A DNA stretch of 64,000 nt, taken from assembly GCA_035294005.1 (NCBI GenBank), contig DATGLT010000406.1:332-64331 (forward strand). Reading direction: 5' to 3'. The notes below the pieces were generated by a model. That model was not told where the DNA came from, ran no database searches, and saw only the letters and a list, made by a program, of their open reading frames with translations. Shown here piece by piece: positions 22,097-31,079 of this stretch. A program made the translations under genes and the position numbers. The stretch's first letter is position 1, and each line of letters opens with the position of its first letter. The DNA is from Verrucomicrobiia bacterium (GTDB lineage Bacteria; Verrucomicrobiota; Verrucomicrobiia; Limisphaerales; UBA8199).

Positions 22097-23260
22097 CTAC
22101 TGAACGCTCCTTCGAGTCCCAGCCGTAGTCCGACTGTCCAATTGCGCCATCATCGCGAAAATCACCAGCCCAAAACGCGAAGTTTCATACAGCAGGCCGG
22201 CCGCCACACTACCGGCCAGCCAACCTGCGCCGTAGCCCAGGTAGAACAGCCCGAACGCCAGGTTCCGCTTTCCTTCTGGAAGCACACTGGCAATTAACAC
22301 CTTCAGGAGCGTGTCCTGCGTTGCGTATCCGACACCCAACAACATCAGCCCGGCTAGAGTGACCCAGAGGCCTCCAAAAAACACCAACGGCGAAAACGCC
22401 GCCGAGAGAACCACCCCCAGCACCACCGCCCCAATCCCCACCCGGTCATACATCCTCCCCAAGACCAGGCTTGCCACCACTCCTATGCCCGTCGCCACGG
22501 CCAGGAACACGGGGATCGTCCGCTGACTCAACACACCGCTGCTTGCGAGGTGATAGGACACCAGTTCGTAACTCATCAGGCCGGCGGCAAAGCATGTTCC
22601 CGCCGCCATGTATAGCCAATACGGCCGCTTGAATCCTCCCGCCCGGCTCGTCGCCGGTCCCCCAACCTGTAGCTTCGAGGGCACCGGAAACATAAACCGC
22701 GCAATTGCCAAAGCGCCCAGCGCCAGCACTGACGAACCCAGCAGCCATCCATATGCCGTCCGAAAATCGGCTTTCAAATCAAGCGCCAGTGCCACCACCA
22801 GAGGTCCCACTGTTGCCCCGGTCTCATCGAGCGCGGTGTTCACGCCATAGACCCAGCCTCGGCCGTGCTTTCCGGTCGAATACGAAAGCATTGCCTCGAC
22901 TGTCGGCTTTCGCATTGCTCGGCCTATGCGTTCCATAAAAATGAGGGCGCCCGCCGACTGCCAACTCCCCGCCAATGCCATAGCCGGCACTGCCAGCAGG
23001 TTAATGAAGTATCCCAGAAACGTGATCCACCAATACCGCCCGGTTCTGTCCGCTATATATCCAGCCACTGAACGCAGACTGTATCCGAGGAACTCACCGG
23101 CCCCGGCAATGATGCTCACTGCGGCAGCGCTGGCGCCAAGCTGTCCAAGGAACGTGCCGTTAATGCTCCCGCCCCCTTCGTAGGTCATGTCGGCGAACAG
23201 GTTAACAACCCCCATGACCAGCACGAAACCGAAAGCCGATCTCGCCGTCACTCCAATCAT
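22097..23260 (-). CDS. MFS transporter
   Basis: About 12 predicted TM helices and an RTGRYW-type loop between TM2 and TM3. ATG 23260; an alternative GTG at 23284 is the track start. Confidence 0.85.
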   Translation of the reverse strand: MIGVTARSAFGFVLVMGVVNLFADMTYEGGGSINGTFLGQLGASAAAVSIIAGAGEFLGYSLRSVAGYIADRTGRYWWITFLGYFINLLAVPAMALAGSWQSAGALIFMERIGRAMRKPTVEAMLSYSTGKHGRGWVYGVNTALDETGATVGPLVVALALDLKADFRTAYGWLLGSSVLALGALAIARFMFPVPSKLQVGGPATSRAGGFKRPYWLYMAAGTCFAAGLMSYELVSYHLASSGVLSQRTIPVFLAVATGIGVVASLVLGRMYDRVGIGAVVLGVVLSAAFSPLVFFGGLWVTLAGLMLLGVGYATQDTLLKVLIASVLPEGKRNLAFGLFYLGYGAGWLAGSVAAGLLYETSRFGLVIFAMMAQLDSRTTAGTRRSVQ

Positions 23261-23622
23261 CGTTTTGCCCACGGTTGAACTCACCCGAATCTCCGAATCG
23301 TTGTTGCCACCAATTAGCCAGGAAGATACACGTTTGCAAGATCAGCGCTGGTTACAGCCGGAGCCACTTATCAATACAACCGAAAATAAATAAGGTCGGT
23401 TGAATAAACCTCACGCGCCTGCGCAACTTTGGCAGGCTCTCCAAACAGAATTCAGGCTAGTGATGCTTGAGGCCGAAACCCCGAAACCGTAGTTGACAAA
23501 CGGGCGCTGCGGGATTAATTCGTATCTATCCCCGACGTATTTCACGGATAGTGTCATCCCCACGGACATTGGTGTCCGTGAGCGAAGCATTACTGGGGTA
23601 CGCCTGGGAAACATACTTTTGC

Positions 23623-26580
23623 ATGGCTACCCAAAAGACTTCGGGAAGTATAATCCACTGTCAGCGTTGTCACGCCCAACAGAATTGGCCAGCGGGACGG
23701 TTAGTTGCCGGTTGCGCACTTCTTATCTTGTTTTTCTCCGCGGCACCAATTGCCTGGGGCCAATTGGTTTATTCACAGGTGCATTCCTTCGGCGACACCA
23801 ACTTGATGGCCGCCCAGCCCAGCGGAAATGTTGTGCTTGCCACGAACGGCACGTTTTACGGTACCGCTCAGTCTGGCGGCGCGTTGGGGTTCGGAGCGAT
23901 TTTTCGGATTAATCCCGACGGGACTGGCTTCCAAGTCATTCACAGTTTTAATATTCAGGGCAGTGATGGGGCGTATCCGCGAGCCGCACTGATTCAGGGG
24001 GCGGATGGGTTTCTATATGGCACGGCGTCTGCAGGTGGCACAAACCGCCCGGGATCGTTGTATTCCGGCGCCGGAACTTTGTTCCGGATTGCTCTGGATG
24101 GAAGTGGATACGGCGTTTTCCACCAGTTTGCAGGGACCAATGACGGTGCTGCACCCAATGCGGCGTTGCTTCTGGCGACCAACGGGGTGGTTTACGGCAC
24201 CACAGCGCAGGGCGGAACAAATCAACCTCAGGGCTTTAGCAATGGCGCGGGGACATTGTTTCGAGTCAACCCGGACGGTACCGGCTATGCCGTGCTTCAT
24301 CATTTTGGCGGCACCAATGACGGCGCGAATCCTCAGGCCGCCCTGGTCCAGGGTAGAGATGGCGCGCTTTACGGCACAACGGTATCGGGCGGAAGTAACT
24401 CCGCCGGAACGGTTTTTCGTATCGGCCTGGATGGTTCGGGTTACACCGTGCTGCACCGCTTCACTCAGCTCACTGACGGCAGTCAGCCGTACTCGGCCCT
24501 CATCCAGACCTCCGACTCCATGCTTTATGGAACGACCGTCTACGGGGGATTTGCCTCCGGAGGGACTGTATTCAAGCTGAGTCCCGACGGAAACGTTTAT
24601 ACGGTGTTGACCAACTTTGGAGCCGCGCTGGGCAATGGTCTATATATCTACGCCGGCGTGATTGAGGGATCCGATGGACGATTGTACGGCAGCGCCAGCA
24701 TTACAGGGTTTGGCGGTTACTCGGGAAACCTGTTTTCTCTCAACAAAGATGGCTCCGGGCTGAAGGTGTTCCACGTCTTCGGAAACGGAATCGACAGCGG
24801 GTCCAGTCCAACTGTTTCCTTGATTGAGACCGCTGACGGAACCTTGTACGGCGTCTCGTCCCGCGGCGGTCCGGCATCGACCGGCACTCTCTTTAAGACC
24901 AAGCAGGACGGCAGCGGCTACGCCGTGCTGTGGACTTTTAGTTCCACTGGAGGCGATGCCGCCACGCCACAGAGTGGCCTGGCTGCCGCTCGTGATGGCA
25001 CCTTCTTTGGAACGACAACGGCCGGGGGCCAAAATGGTCATGGCGCAATCTACCAACTCAATCCCGATGCCACCGGTTACCACCTGGTTTTCAGCTTCGG
25101 CAGTGATACCAACGGCGGCACTGCTCCGGGCGGTTTGTTGCTGCACGCCAGCGACCTGGCTCTCTATGGGACGACGTCCTCCGGCGCCGCGCCTGGACAA
25201 GGCAACGGCGGCACCATCTTCAAAATCAATCCTGATGGAAGCGGTCACAAAGTGCTCCACAACTTTGGTCGCGACACCAACGGCATGATCCTGCCAAACG
25301 ACGGCAATAGCCCGCAGTCGATCCTTGTCGAAGGCGCGGACGGGTCGCTCTATGGAACCACGCCCTATGGCGGATCCAATAGCCTCAACGGGGGCATTGT
25401 TTACAAACTCGACAAGAGCGGTGCTAATTACAGCATCCTTCACTACTTTGGCGCGACCAATGACGGGTCAACTGCTTCTGGAGCGCTGCTCCAGGGATCG
25501 GACCATTTGCTGTACGGGACCACAGGCCAGGGCGGCACCAACAGCACTCTTTTCGGCGGCGGCGTCCTGTTCAAAATCAGCACCAATGGCACTGGTTACG
25601 CTATTCTTCATCACTTTGGCGCGACCGGTGACGGTCTCAACGCGCGCGCATTGATTGAAGACCCCGATGGTTTCCTTTATGGAACAACAAACGATGGAGG
25701 CACTAACAGCGGTATTTCAGGCGGGGGAACTCTGTTCAAAATCGCCAAAGACGGTTCAAAGTACCAGGTGTTGCATCACTTTGGTGCTGGAAACGAGGGA
25801 ACACGCCCGACTTCATTGGTGGAAACCAACGGCACTCTCTATGGCACCTGTACCTCTGGCGGAACAGGCCAGGGAGGCACGCTGTTCCAAATCCAAACCG
25901 ACGGATCCGGGTATTCCACCCTGTATAATTTTTACGTCAGTTCGACAGCGGACGGGCGAAACCCAAGCCCCGGCCTGGCCCTCGGGACCAACGGGTCACT
26001 CTTCGGAGCGACCACGTCCGGCGGCAATTCTTTGGGAACGGTGTTTGCCATGCTCTCTTCTTCAAACCAGCATTCGAATCATCCTCCGATCGTGGCAAAC
26101 GCAATACCGAACCAAGTGGCCGCTTACAACATTTTATTCACCTACACGTTCGCGGCAAATACCTTCACCGATCCGGATCCCGGCCAGGTGCTGACATACA
26201 CCGCAATGAATTTGCCTCAAGGGATACAGTTCAATTCCGCATCCCGAACGTTCAGCGGCACGTCCACGAACCCGGGCACATATAATGTCAGCGTTGTGGC
26301 CACCGACAACGGGCTCCCGCCGCTCAGTGCCACGAACTCGTTCAGCCTGACAGTCAGGCCATCGCCCCTTGCCGCCTCCACAATGGTTGGCGGCGGACTC
26401 CTGTTATCCTTCACCGCGGCGCCGTCCGCGCTTTACACAATTCAAGCCACTGACTCCTTTGCTCCAACAAACTGGCATACCATCCAGGTCCAGGCGGCCG
26501 GAACCAACGGGTTGTTCAGTTTCGTGGATACCAATGCGCCTTCCCATTCCAGCCGGTTTTATCGCGCTGTTGGCCCGTGA
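23623..26580 (+). CDS. Secreted GloVer (Gloeo_Verruco) tandem-repeat protein with a C-terminal Ig-like (He_PIG/cadherin-like) domain and a ...RFYR beta-sandwich tail
   Basis: 14 units with the pattern [LF][YF]G[TSV]..GG.....GT[LV]F[KR][IL]..DGSGY.VLH.F. Then PPIVANAIPNQ...LTYTAMNLPQGIQFNSASRTFSGT (putative Ig domain), then SRFYRAVGP. Signal peptide after ATG 23623. Confidence 0.85.
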   Translation: MATQKTSGSIIHCQRCHAQQNWPAGRLVAGCALLILFFSAAPIAWGQLVYSQVHSFGDTNLMAAQPSGNVVLATNGTFYGTAQSGGALGFGAIFRINPDGTGFQVIHSFNIQGSDGAYPRAALIQGADGFLYGTASAGGTNRPGSLYSGAGTLFRIALDGSGYGVFHQFAGTNDGAAPNAALLLATNGVVYGTTAQGGTNQPQGFSNGAGTLFRVNPDGTGYAVLHHFGGTNDGANPQAALVQGRDGALYGTTVSGGSNSAGTVFRIGLDGSGYTVLHRFTQLTDGSQPYSALIQTSDSMLYGTTVYGGFASGGTVFKLSPDGNVYTVLTNFGAALGNGLYIYAGVIEGSDGRLYGSASITGFGGYSGNLFSLNKDGSGLKVFHVFGNGIDSGSSPTVSLIETADGTLYGVSSRGGPASTGTLFKTKQDGSGYAVLWTFSSTGGDAATPQSGLAAARDGTFFGTTTAGGQNGHGAIYQLNPDATGYHLVFSFGSDTNGGTAPGGLLLHASDLALYGTTSSGAAPGQGNGGTIFKINPDGSGHKVLHNFGRDTNGMILPNDGNSPQSILVEGADGSLYGTTPYGGSNSLNGGIVYKLDKSGANYSILHYFGATNDGSTASGALLQGSDHLLYGTTGQGGTNSTLFGGGVLFKISTNGTGYAILHHFGATGDGLNARALIEDPDGFLYGTTNDGGTNSGISGGGTLFKIAKDGSKYQVLHHFGAGNEGTRPTSLVETNGTLYGTCTSGGTGQGGTLFQIQTDGSGYSTLYNFYVSSTADGRNPSPGLALGTNGSLFGATTSGGNSLGTVFAMLSSSNQHSNHPPIVANAIPNQVAAYNILFTYTFAANTFTDPDPGQVLTYTAMNLPQGIQFNSASRTFSGTSTNPGTYNVSVVATDNGLPPLSATNSFSLTVRPSPLAASTMVGGGLLLSFTAAPSALYTIQATDSFAPTNWHTIQVQAAGTNGLFSFVDTNAPSHSSRFYRAVGP

Positions 26581-26691
26581 TATCGGCTTTATAAGAGTTT
26601 TTACCTGCGATACACCTCAACCGATGAAGCGCATCCCGGCAATGCCGCTCGGGACTGAAAGTTTTAGAAAGTTCAGCCGCGCAGTATTCAG

Positions 26692-28647
26692 CTAAGGCTG
26701 TCGTGAATCCGATTGCAGATCGCGGTCGAGCGCCGCGCCGTCGAAGGGAATGACAATGACTTTGCTTCCGTGGCCATCCCCGCCTTTGTCCTGCTCCTTT
26801 TCGACATCGATGGCGGCCAGGGTCATGGCAGCTACGTGGCCGTTTTCGACATAGACCGCCGGCCGCTCGACTTTATTCCAGTGGTTCACTGTGCCGTCGG
26901 GGTAGCGGACGATCGGCTCGCGCGGATCATAAGCCACGCCGCGGTCGATCCAATCGCTGACGCCATCACGGGAAGTAAGGTGATACGCTTTTCGAGTGGA
27001 CCACGAGTTGACCACGATGTGGTAAAGTCCACCGGAGTACCATATGCATGGATCTTCGAGATTCGGAATTCCCTTGGGATAAACCGAGTTTCCGCGGCGA
27101 ATGTAGGGACCGAGGATGCCCTTGTCGCTTGTGAAAATGCTTCCGTTGCGTTCGGTAAATTCGAAACTGCCGTCCGGGCGAACCATGAGCGAGACATTGG
27201 AAGCGTGCCACTTGGGTTCGCCTTCCACCGTCACGGTCCCGAGATGTTCCCACGGACCGTCGAGAGATTTGGAGACATAGATTTCGCACGGGCGAGTTTC
27301 GCTGATGTAGATTGCGTTACGGCCGTCGGGCAACACCAGGGCGCCGACATTGTGTCCGCGGCCGCCGTGGTCGTCAGGCCAGCAGAGGCCCTTGTCCACA
27401 TACGGCCCCAGGAGCGAATCGGACACGGCATGGACCGCGACCGAGCCGAACCAGCCATTATGGCCTCGGGATTCGTTCCAGCGGCTTGCGAACATGTGAT
27501 ATTTGCCATCCGGAGCTTTAAGAATCTGCCCGTCCCAGTAGCAGTATTGCTGGATAGTAGGGTCTTCCAGCCCGTTTTGGGGGTCGCGCGGGATGACGTT
27601 GGTCGCACCCCACGCGTTTTGCGACAACGCGCCATGGGGTGGAGTGGGGAGGAAATAATCAATGAAGGACTTGCGCTGTGTGCCGGGGTTCGTGTGGCGG
27701 CCGGGTGTGGCCGGGTTACTCACCCCCGCCGATTCCCCACTGGCCTGGACCGCCGCTCTCGCTTTGACCTTGTAGCCCATGAGCGCAAGCATCTTCTCTG
27801 CGTATCGCGTTCCGAATTCCCGGGAACCTGCTGCATTGAAATGCATATGGTCCGGGTTGCAGGTGCAACCAGCCGAGGAGATGACATAGGAATTGGCAAG
27901 GGTCTTCGGCAACTCGGCCATGATCTTGTTGAATCCCGCGCAAGCACCGCCTTGGTCGGCATTCACAGTCTCACCGGCAAGAAATGGCACTTCCTCGGGC
28001 TTGAGATCCAGGTCTTTGATGAAGTTGTCGTAAATGCTTTTCACCTTGTTTGGCCATTCGTGATCGTTCGGATTGGACTCGCCCTGGTGCAGGAGGATTC
28101 CCTTAATCACGCCGTCTTTCTGGGCCTCTTTGGCGAGGTCGACAAAGTACTGGTAGGGGTTGCCGCCGTATTTTTTGACGTAATTGAGCATCCACGAAGG
28201 CGCCTTTGCCACGTAGTTGGTAAATGAATCTTTCTGGAACAATTCGATTTTACAGCCGGGCACCGACACCTTGATCACGCCGACTCTGACGTTGGGCGGG
28301 AGATTGCTCACCATCGTTCGGCCAAAATAATCCACGAGGCAAATGCCGGTGCCTTGGGCGGTCAAGGGAGGGACGGCCTGATACCAGTTGGCCTTGGTCC
28401 AGCCTCGGTTGGGAGCGTCAAAATCCGCCATGACCAGAAACCGAGGGTCCACGGTTCGATCGAACTCCTCCATTCGGCCCCCGCTCTCCATGTTGGACTG
28501 ACCAAAGCACAGGAAGATGTAGAAGTTGGGGTCCGGCGCAGCCAAGGACGCAGTGGCAAAGAGAAGCAGTCCCGTCGCAACCGAAAGTGCAAGGCTCGGC
28601 TTGGCGCTAGGTGACTGGGGGATTCTTTGTTTGGTGATGGGTTTCAT
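26692..28647 (-). CDS. Secreted two-domain carbohydrate-active enzyme: SASA/DUF303 (sialate-O-acetylesterase-like SGNH) N-domain plus a beta-propeller glycoside-hydrolase-like C-domain (GH43-like; the family is uncertain)
   Basis: N-domain: FLCFGQSNMESGG ... GILLHQGESN. C-domain: blade-like repeats (WDGQILKAPDGKYHMFASRW, GALVLPDGRNAIYISE, MVRPDGSFEFTE, YSGGLYHIVVNSW). ATG 28647 is followed by a signal peptide. Confidence 0.7.
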   Translation of the reverse strand: MKPITKQRIPQSPSAKPSLALSVATGLLLFATASLAAPDPNFYIFLCFGQSNMESGGRMEEFDRTVDPRFLVMADFDAPNRGWTKANWYQAVPPLTAQGTGICLVDYFGRTMVSNLPPNVRVGVIKVSVPGCKIELFQKDSFTNYVAKAPSWMLNYVKKYGGNPYQYFVDLAKEAQKDGVIKGILLHQGESNPNDHEWPNKVKSIYDNFIKDLDLKPEEVPFLAGETVNADQGGACAGFNKIMAELPKTLANSYVISSAGCTCNPDHMHFNAAGSREFGTRYAEKMLALMGYKVKARAAVQASGESAGVSNPATPGRHTNPGTQRKSFIDYFLPTPPHGALSQNAWGATNVIPRDPQNGLEDPTIQQYCYWDGQILKAPDGKYHMFASRWNESRGHNGWFGSVAVHAVSDSLLGPYVDKGLCWPDDHGGRGHNVGALVLPDGRNAIYISETRPCEIYVSKSLDGPWEHLGTVTVEGEPKWHASNVSLMVRPDGSFEFTERNGSIFTSDKGILGPYIRRGNSVYPKGIPNLEDPCIWYSGGLYHIVVNSWSTRKAYHLTSRDGVSDWIDRGVAYDPREPIVRYPDGTVNHWNKVERPAVYVENGHVAAMTLAAIDVEKEQDKGGDGHGSKVIVIPFDGAALDRDLQSDSRQP

Positions 28648-28947
28648 TTGGAGGGTGAGTGCATAGCGAAGCATAGCGGGCTTACGAAAAACTTCCCATA
28701 CTGTTCTGCGTATTATGTGGCGGATTGCGCGCGTCGATCCCGATGCCTTGAATCTCTAACAATACTTCACGAAACCGGGGGATTTTGGACAAGATTTGCG
28801 TGAGCTTTTATGCCTTCGGGAGGGTAACGAATACTCGCTCAGGAACGAGAGTATTGACCTCGCAGAGGGCCAGCCCCTATTCCTCGCGTTCCTCGCCGGG
28901 AGAGCTTGACTGAATGCGTCGCCGCACTAGGTTGAACAGCCCGCAAC

Positions 28948-29874
28948 ATGAAACGCCGCGCGCACCAACTCGAACATCGCCCGCTCGATCGCGAAGCTTT
29001 TACGCTCATTGAGCTCCTGGTCGTAATTGCCATCATCGGCATCTTGTCAGGTCTCCTGCTTCCCGCCTTGGCGCGAGCCAGGCAGGAAGGTCAACGGGCA
29101 GGCTGTTACTCGAATCTTCTTCAGATTGGACTGGCAGCGCGCCTGTACATGGACGACAACAACGGGGGATTATTCCACCACCATGAAGGCTGGGTCCTGG
29201 ACGACGGTACGCAAGTCAATGCGCTTCCCGCCAGCATCGGCGGAGTGACGGGCGGCGGCATGGGCAATAGCCAGGCCGAGAAGCCGTGGATTATTCTGTT
29301 TCAGCCGTATTTAAAAAGCCGCCAGGTTGGGTTTTGTCCAACCGACCGCACGCCTCGTTCGCAGGTTCTGGCCACGGACCTTTTGGGCTATAACGGTGGG
29401 ATCACCGCAACGAGCCAAACGCCGCCCGCCAACTCGGAGCAGGCTTTGGCGCAAGTCGGGCACCTGACCATCGAAAGTTACTGCCTCAATTCGATTTTCA
29501 CACACAAGTCGGCCCGATACGCCCTGGAAGGAACTCTATACGGTTTCGCCACAGACCAGGCGTTGGCCTCGCTCCCCAATCGAAACATCATCCTGTTTTC
29601 CGAGCGCAACAGCGAGGCCTTGGACGCTCCGGACAATTCACAGTTCGGCGCGGTTGACCAGGACGATTATGACACCTGGGTCGGCGAAGCCGCACTGGTT
29701 CAGTGGGGTAGCGGACCTTATGCGAACCAGGGCTGGATCCGATACAACCGGCACGCGGGCCGGGCCAACTACGTTTACGCTGACGGACACGTTGAGAACC
29801 TTCCCTGGCGCAAAGCCCGAGCGGACCAATTCCCTGATCACAAGGTCCGCGCCCCCTTGCAAAACCCGCCGTGA
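28948..29874 (+). CDS. Prepilin-type N-terminal cleavage/methylation protein with a C-terminal H-X9-DG motif (DUF1559-like)
   Basis: [24 protein letters not shown] at the N-terminus. [12 protein letters not shown] = H-X9-DG near the C-terminus. Confidence 0.9.
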   Translation: MKRRAHQLEHRPLDREAFTLIELLVVIAIIGILSGLLLPALARARQEGQRAGCYSNLLQIGLAARLYMDDNNGGLFHHHEGWVLDDGTQVNALPASIGGVTGGGMGNSQAEKPWIILFQPYLKSRQVGFCPTDRTPRSQVLATDLLGYNGGITATSQTPPANSEQALAQVGHLTIESYCLNSIFTHKSARYALEGTLYGFATDQALASLPNRNIILFSERNSEALDAPDNSQFGAVDQDDYDTWVGEAALVQWGSGPYANQGWIRYNRHAGRANYVYADGHVENLPWRKARADQFPDHKVRAPLQNPP

Positions 29875-30048
29875 AGATGCCGGTGCAGGCGGCACACCGG
29901 CACTGACCGACGCCTGCATCCTATAATCGAGCGCAACCCGGCACTCTGACTCTGGGGACTACGAGGCCCCCTCGCATTTATTTCGAAACCGGGTGAGCAT
30001 CACCGGCTTCCGAAAACGCGGGAGACGCTAAGTTGCCCGCAATTTCGT

Positions 30049-30066
30049 GTTACCTTCCTGAAACAG
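30049..30066 (+). promoter_or_regulatory. Conserved 18-nt motif GTTACCTTCCTGAAACAG, copy A, 236 nt upstream of the ATG
   Basis: Identical 18-mer at 62691-62708, also exactly 236 nt upstream of the paralogous ATG. The flanking leader sequence is otherwise not alignable by eye. Confidence 0.45.
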
Positions 30067-30284
30067 CAAGGCTTCGTTCAGTAGCAACCACCAAAGATTC
30101 GGTGCTGTTTTCCTGCTAAAATCGGCCGGATTTGTCTGCCCGCCGGGGCGTCCGAAACATGGATCATTGCGTCCTTCGGCTTCGGGCGATTTCGAGGGTC
30201 GGCAGAATAGAGTCTCCTTGCTGGCGCGCTGTGTGCGCCAGGTTCAACACCGAAAACACAATCAAAAGACAGATCGAAGCATTA

Positions 30285-31037
30285 ATGAAAACATCACTCA
30301 AAACAACGATGCTGGCGGTTGCCGGCATGGCGCTGATGATCGACGCGGCCCACGCGCAATACGCCGCGGGGGACCTGGTCGCCGGCTTTACCAGCGGCTC
30401 GGGCAACGACGTCATCTATGACCTCGGACAGTTCTCGAACTTCAGCAATGGCGAGACTTGGAACCTGTTGTCGGCCCTGACAAGTTCACCCGGCGGGTAC
30501 GCTAACCTCAACGGTTTGAACTGGGGTGTGGTCGGTGCTCAAAGCACGGGCCTGAACAGTGCCTTGAAAACCGTTTATTCCACGGTCGCTCACGGGCAGT
30601 CCACCGCTCCCGTGAACATTCCCAACACCTCCACATTCAATGGAATCGCAACCTCGGTCAACACGATCGGCCAATGGGTCACAGCGGGTAGCCCTGCCGG
30701 GATTATCGCCTCGAGCGACCCTGCGAGCTGGAACGGTGAAACCATCGTCGGCGGCAGCGGCACTTTCTTCAACAACTATGGCTCAGCTACTCCTTCTGAC
30801 CCGAACTCGGCGACCCCTGCCAGCTTCACCAGCGGGTCGGTGGTCGAGGATCTGTACGGAGTCAAAGCCAACAACACGGCGGCGACTCTTCTTGGGACCT
30901 TCACTCTGAGCTCGACCGGGGTTCTCACCTTCAACGCGGTGGCCGTCCCCGAACCTTCGACCTATGGAGTGTTGGCGGGCTTGGGTCTGTTGGCCGTTTG
31001 CCTGCGTCGTCAATTGGGCCTTTTCGGAAAGGCATAA
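30285..31037 (+). CDS. PEP-CTERM sorting-domain protein (cassette copy A)
   Basis: Signal peptide MKTSLKTTMLAVAGMALMIDAAHA. C-terminal VPEPSTYGVLAGLGLLAVCLRRQ (PEP motif, TM helix, basic cluster). Paralog of 62927-63673. Confidence 0.85.
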   Translation: MKTSLKTTMLAVAGMALMIDAAHAQYAAGDLVAGFTSGSGNDVIYDLGQFSNFSNGETWNLLSALTSSPGGYANLNGLNWGVVGAQSTGLNSALKTVYSTVAHGQSTAPVNIPNTSTFNGIATSVNTIGQWVTAGSPAGIIASSDPASWNGETIVGGSGTFFNNYGSATPSDPNSATPASFTSGSVVEDLYGVKANNTAATLLGTFTLSSTGVLTFNAVAVPEPSTYGVLAGLGLLAVCLRRQLGLFGKA

Positions 31038-31079
31038 CCTCTGGAATTAAATCGAAGACACCAAAAAGCACTAATATTC

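Noticed and set aside
23493-23521. Perfect TTGACA -35 hexamer upstream of the GloVer gene
   Set aside because: The best -10 at 17-nt spacing is TAATTC, a poor match, and promoter consensus in this phylum is uncertain. It was not called as a feature.
26713-28227. 504-aa plus-strand ORF
   Set aside because: It is antisense to the SASA/propeller gene and has no recognisable motifs. The same judgement applies to other long shadow ORFs: 15403-16362, 24640-25443, 38754-39557, 44253-45182, 56846-57646 and 11954-12643.
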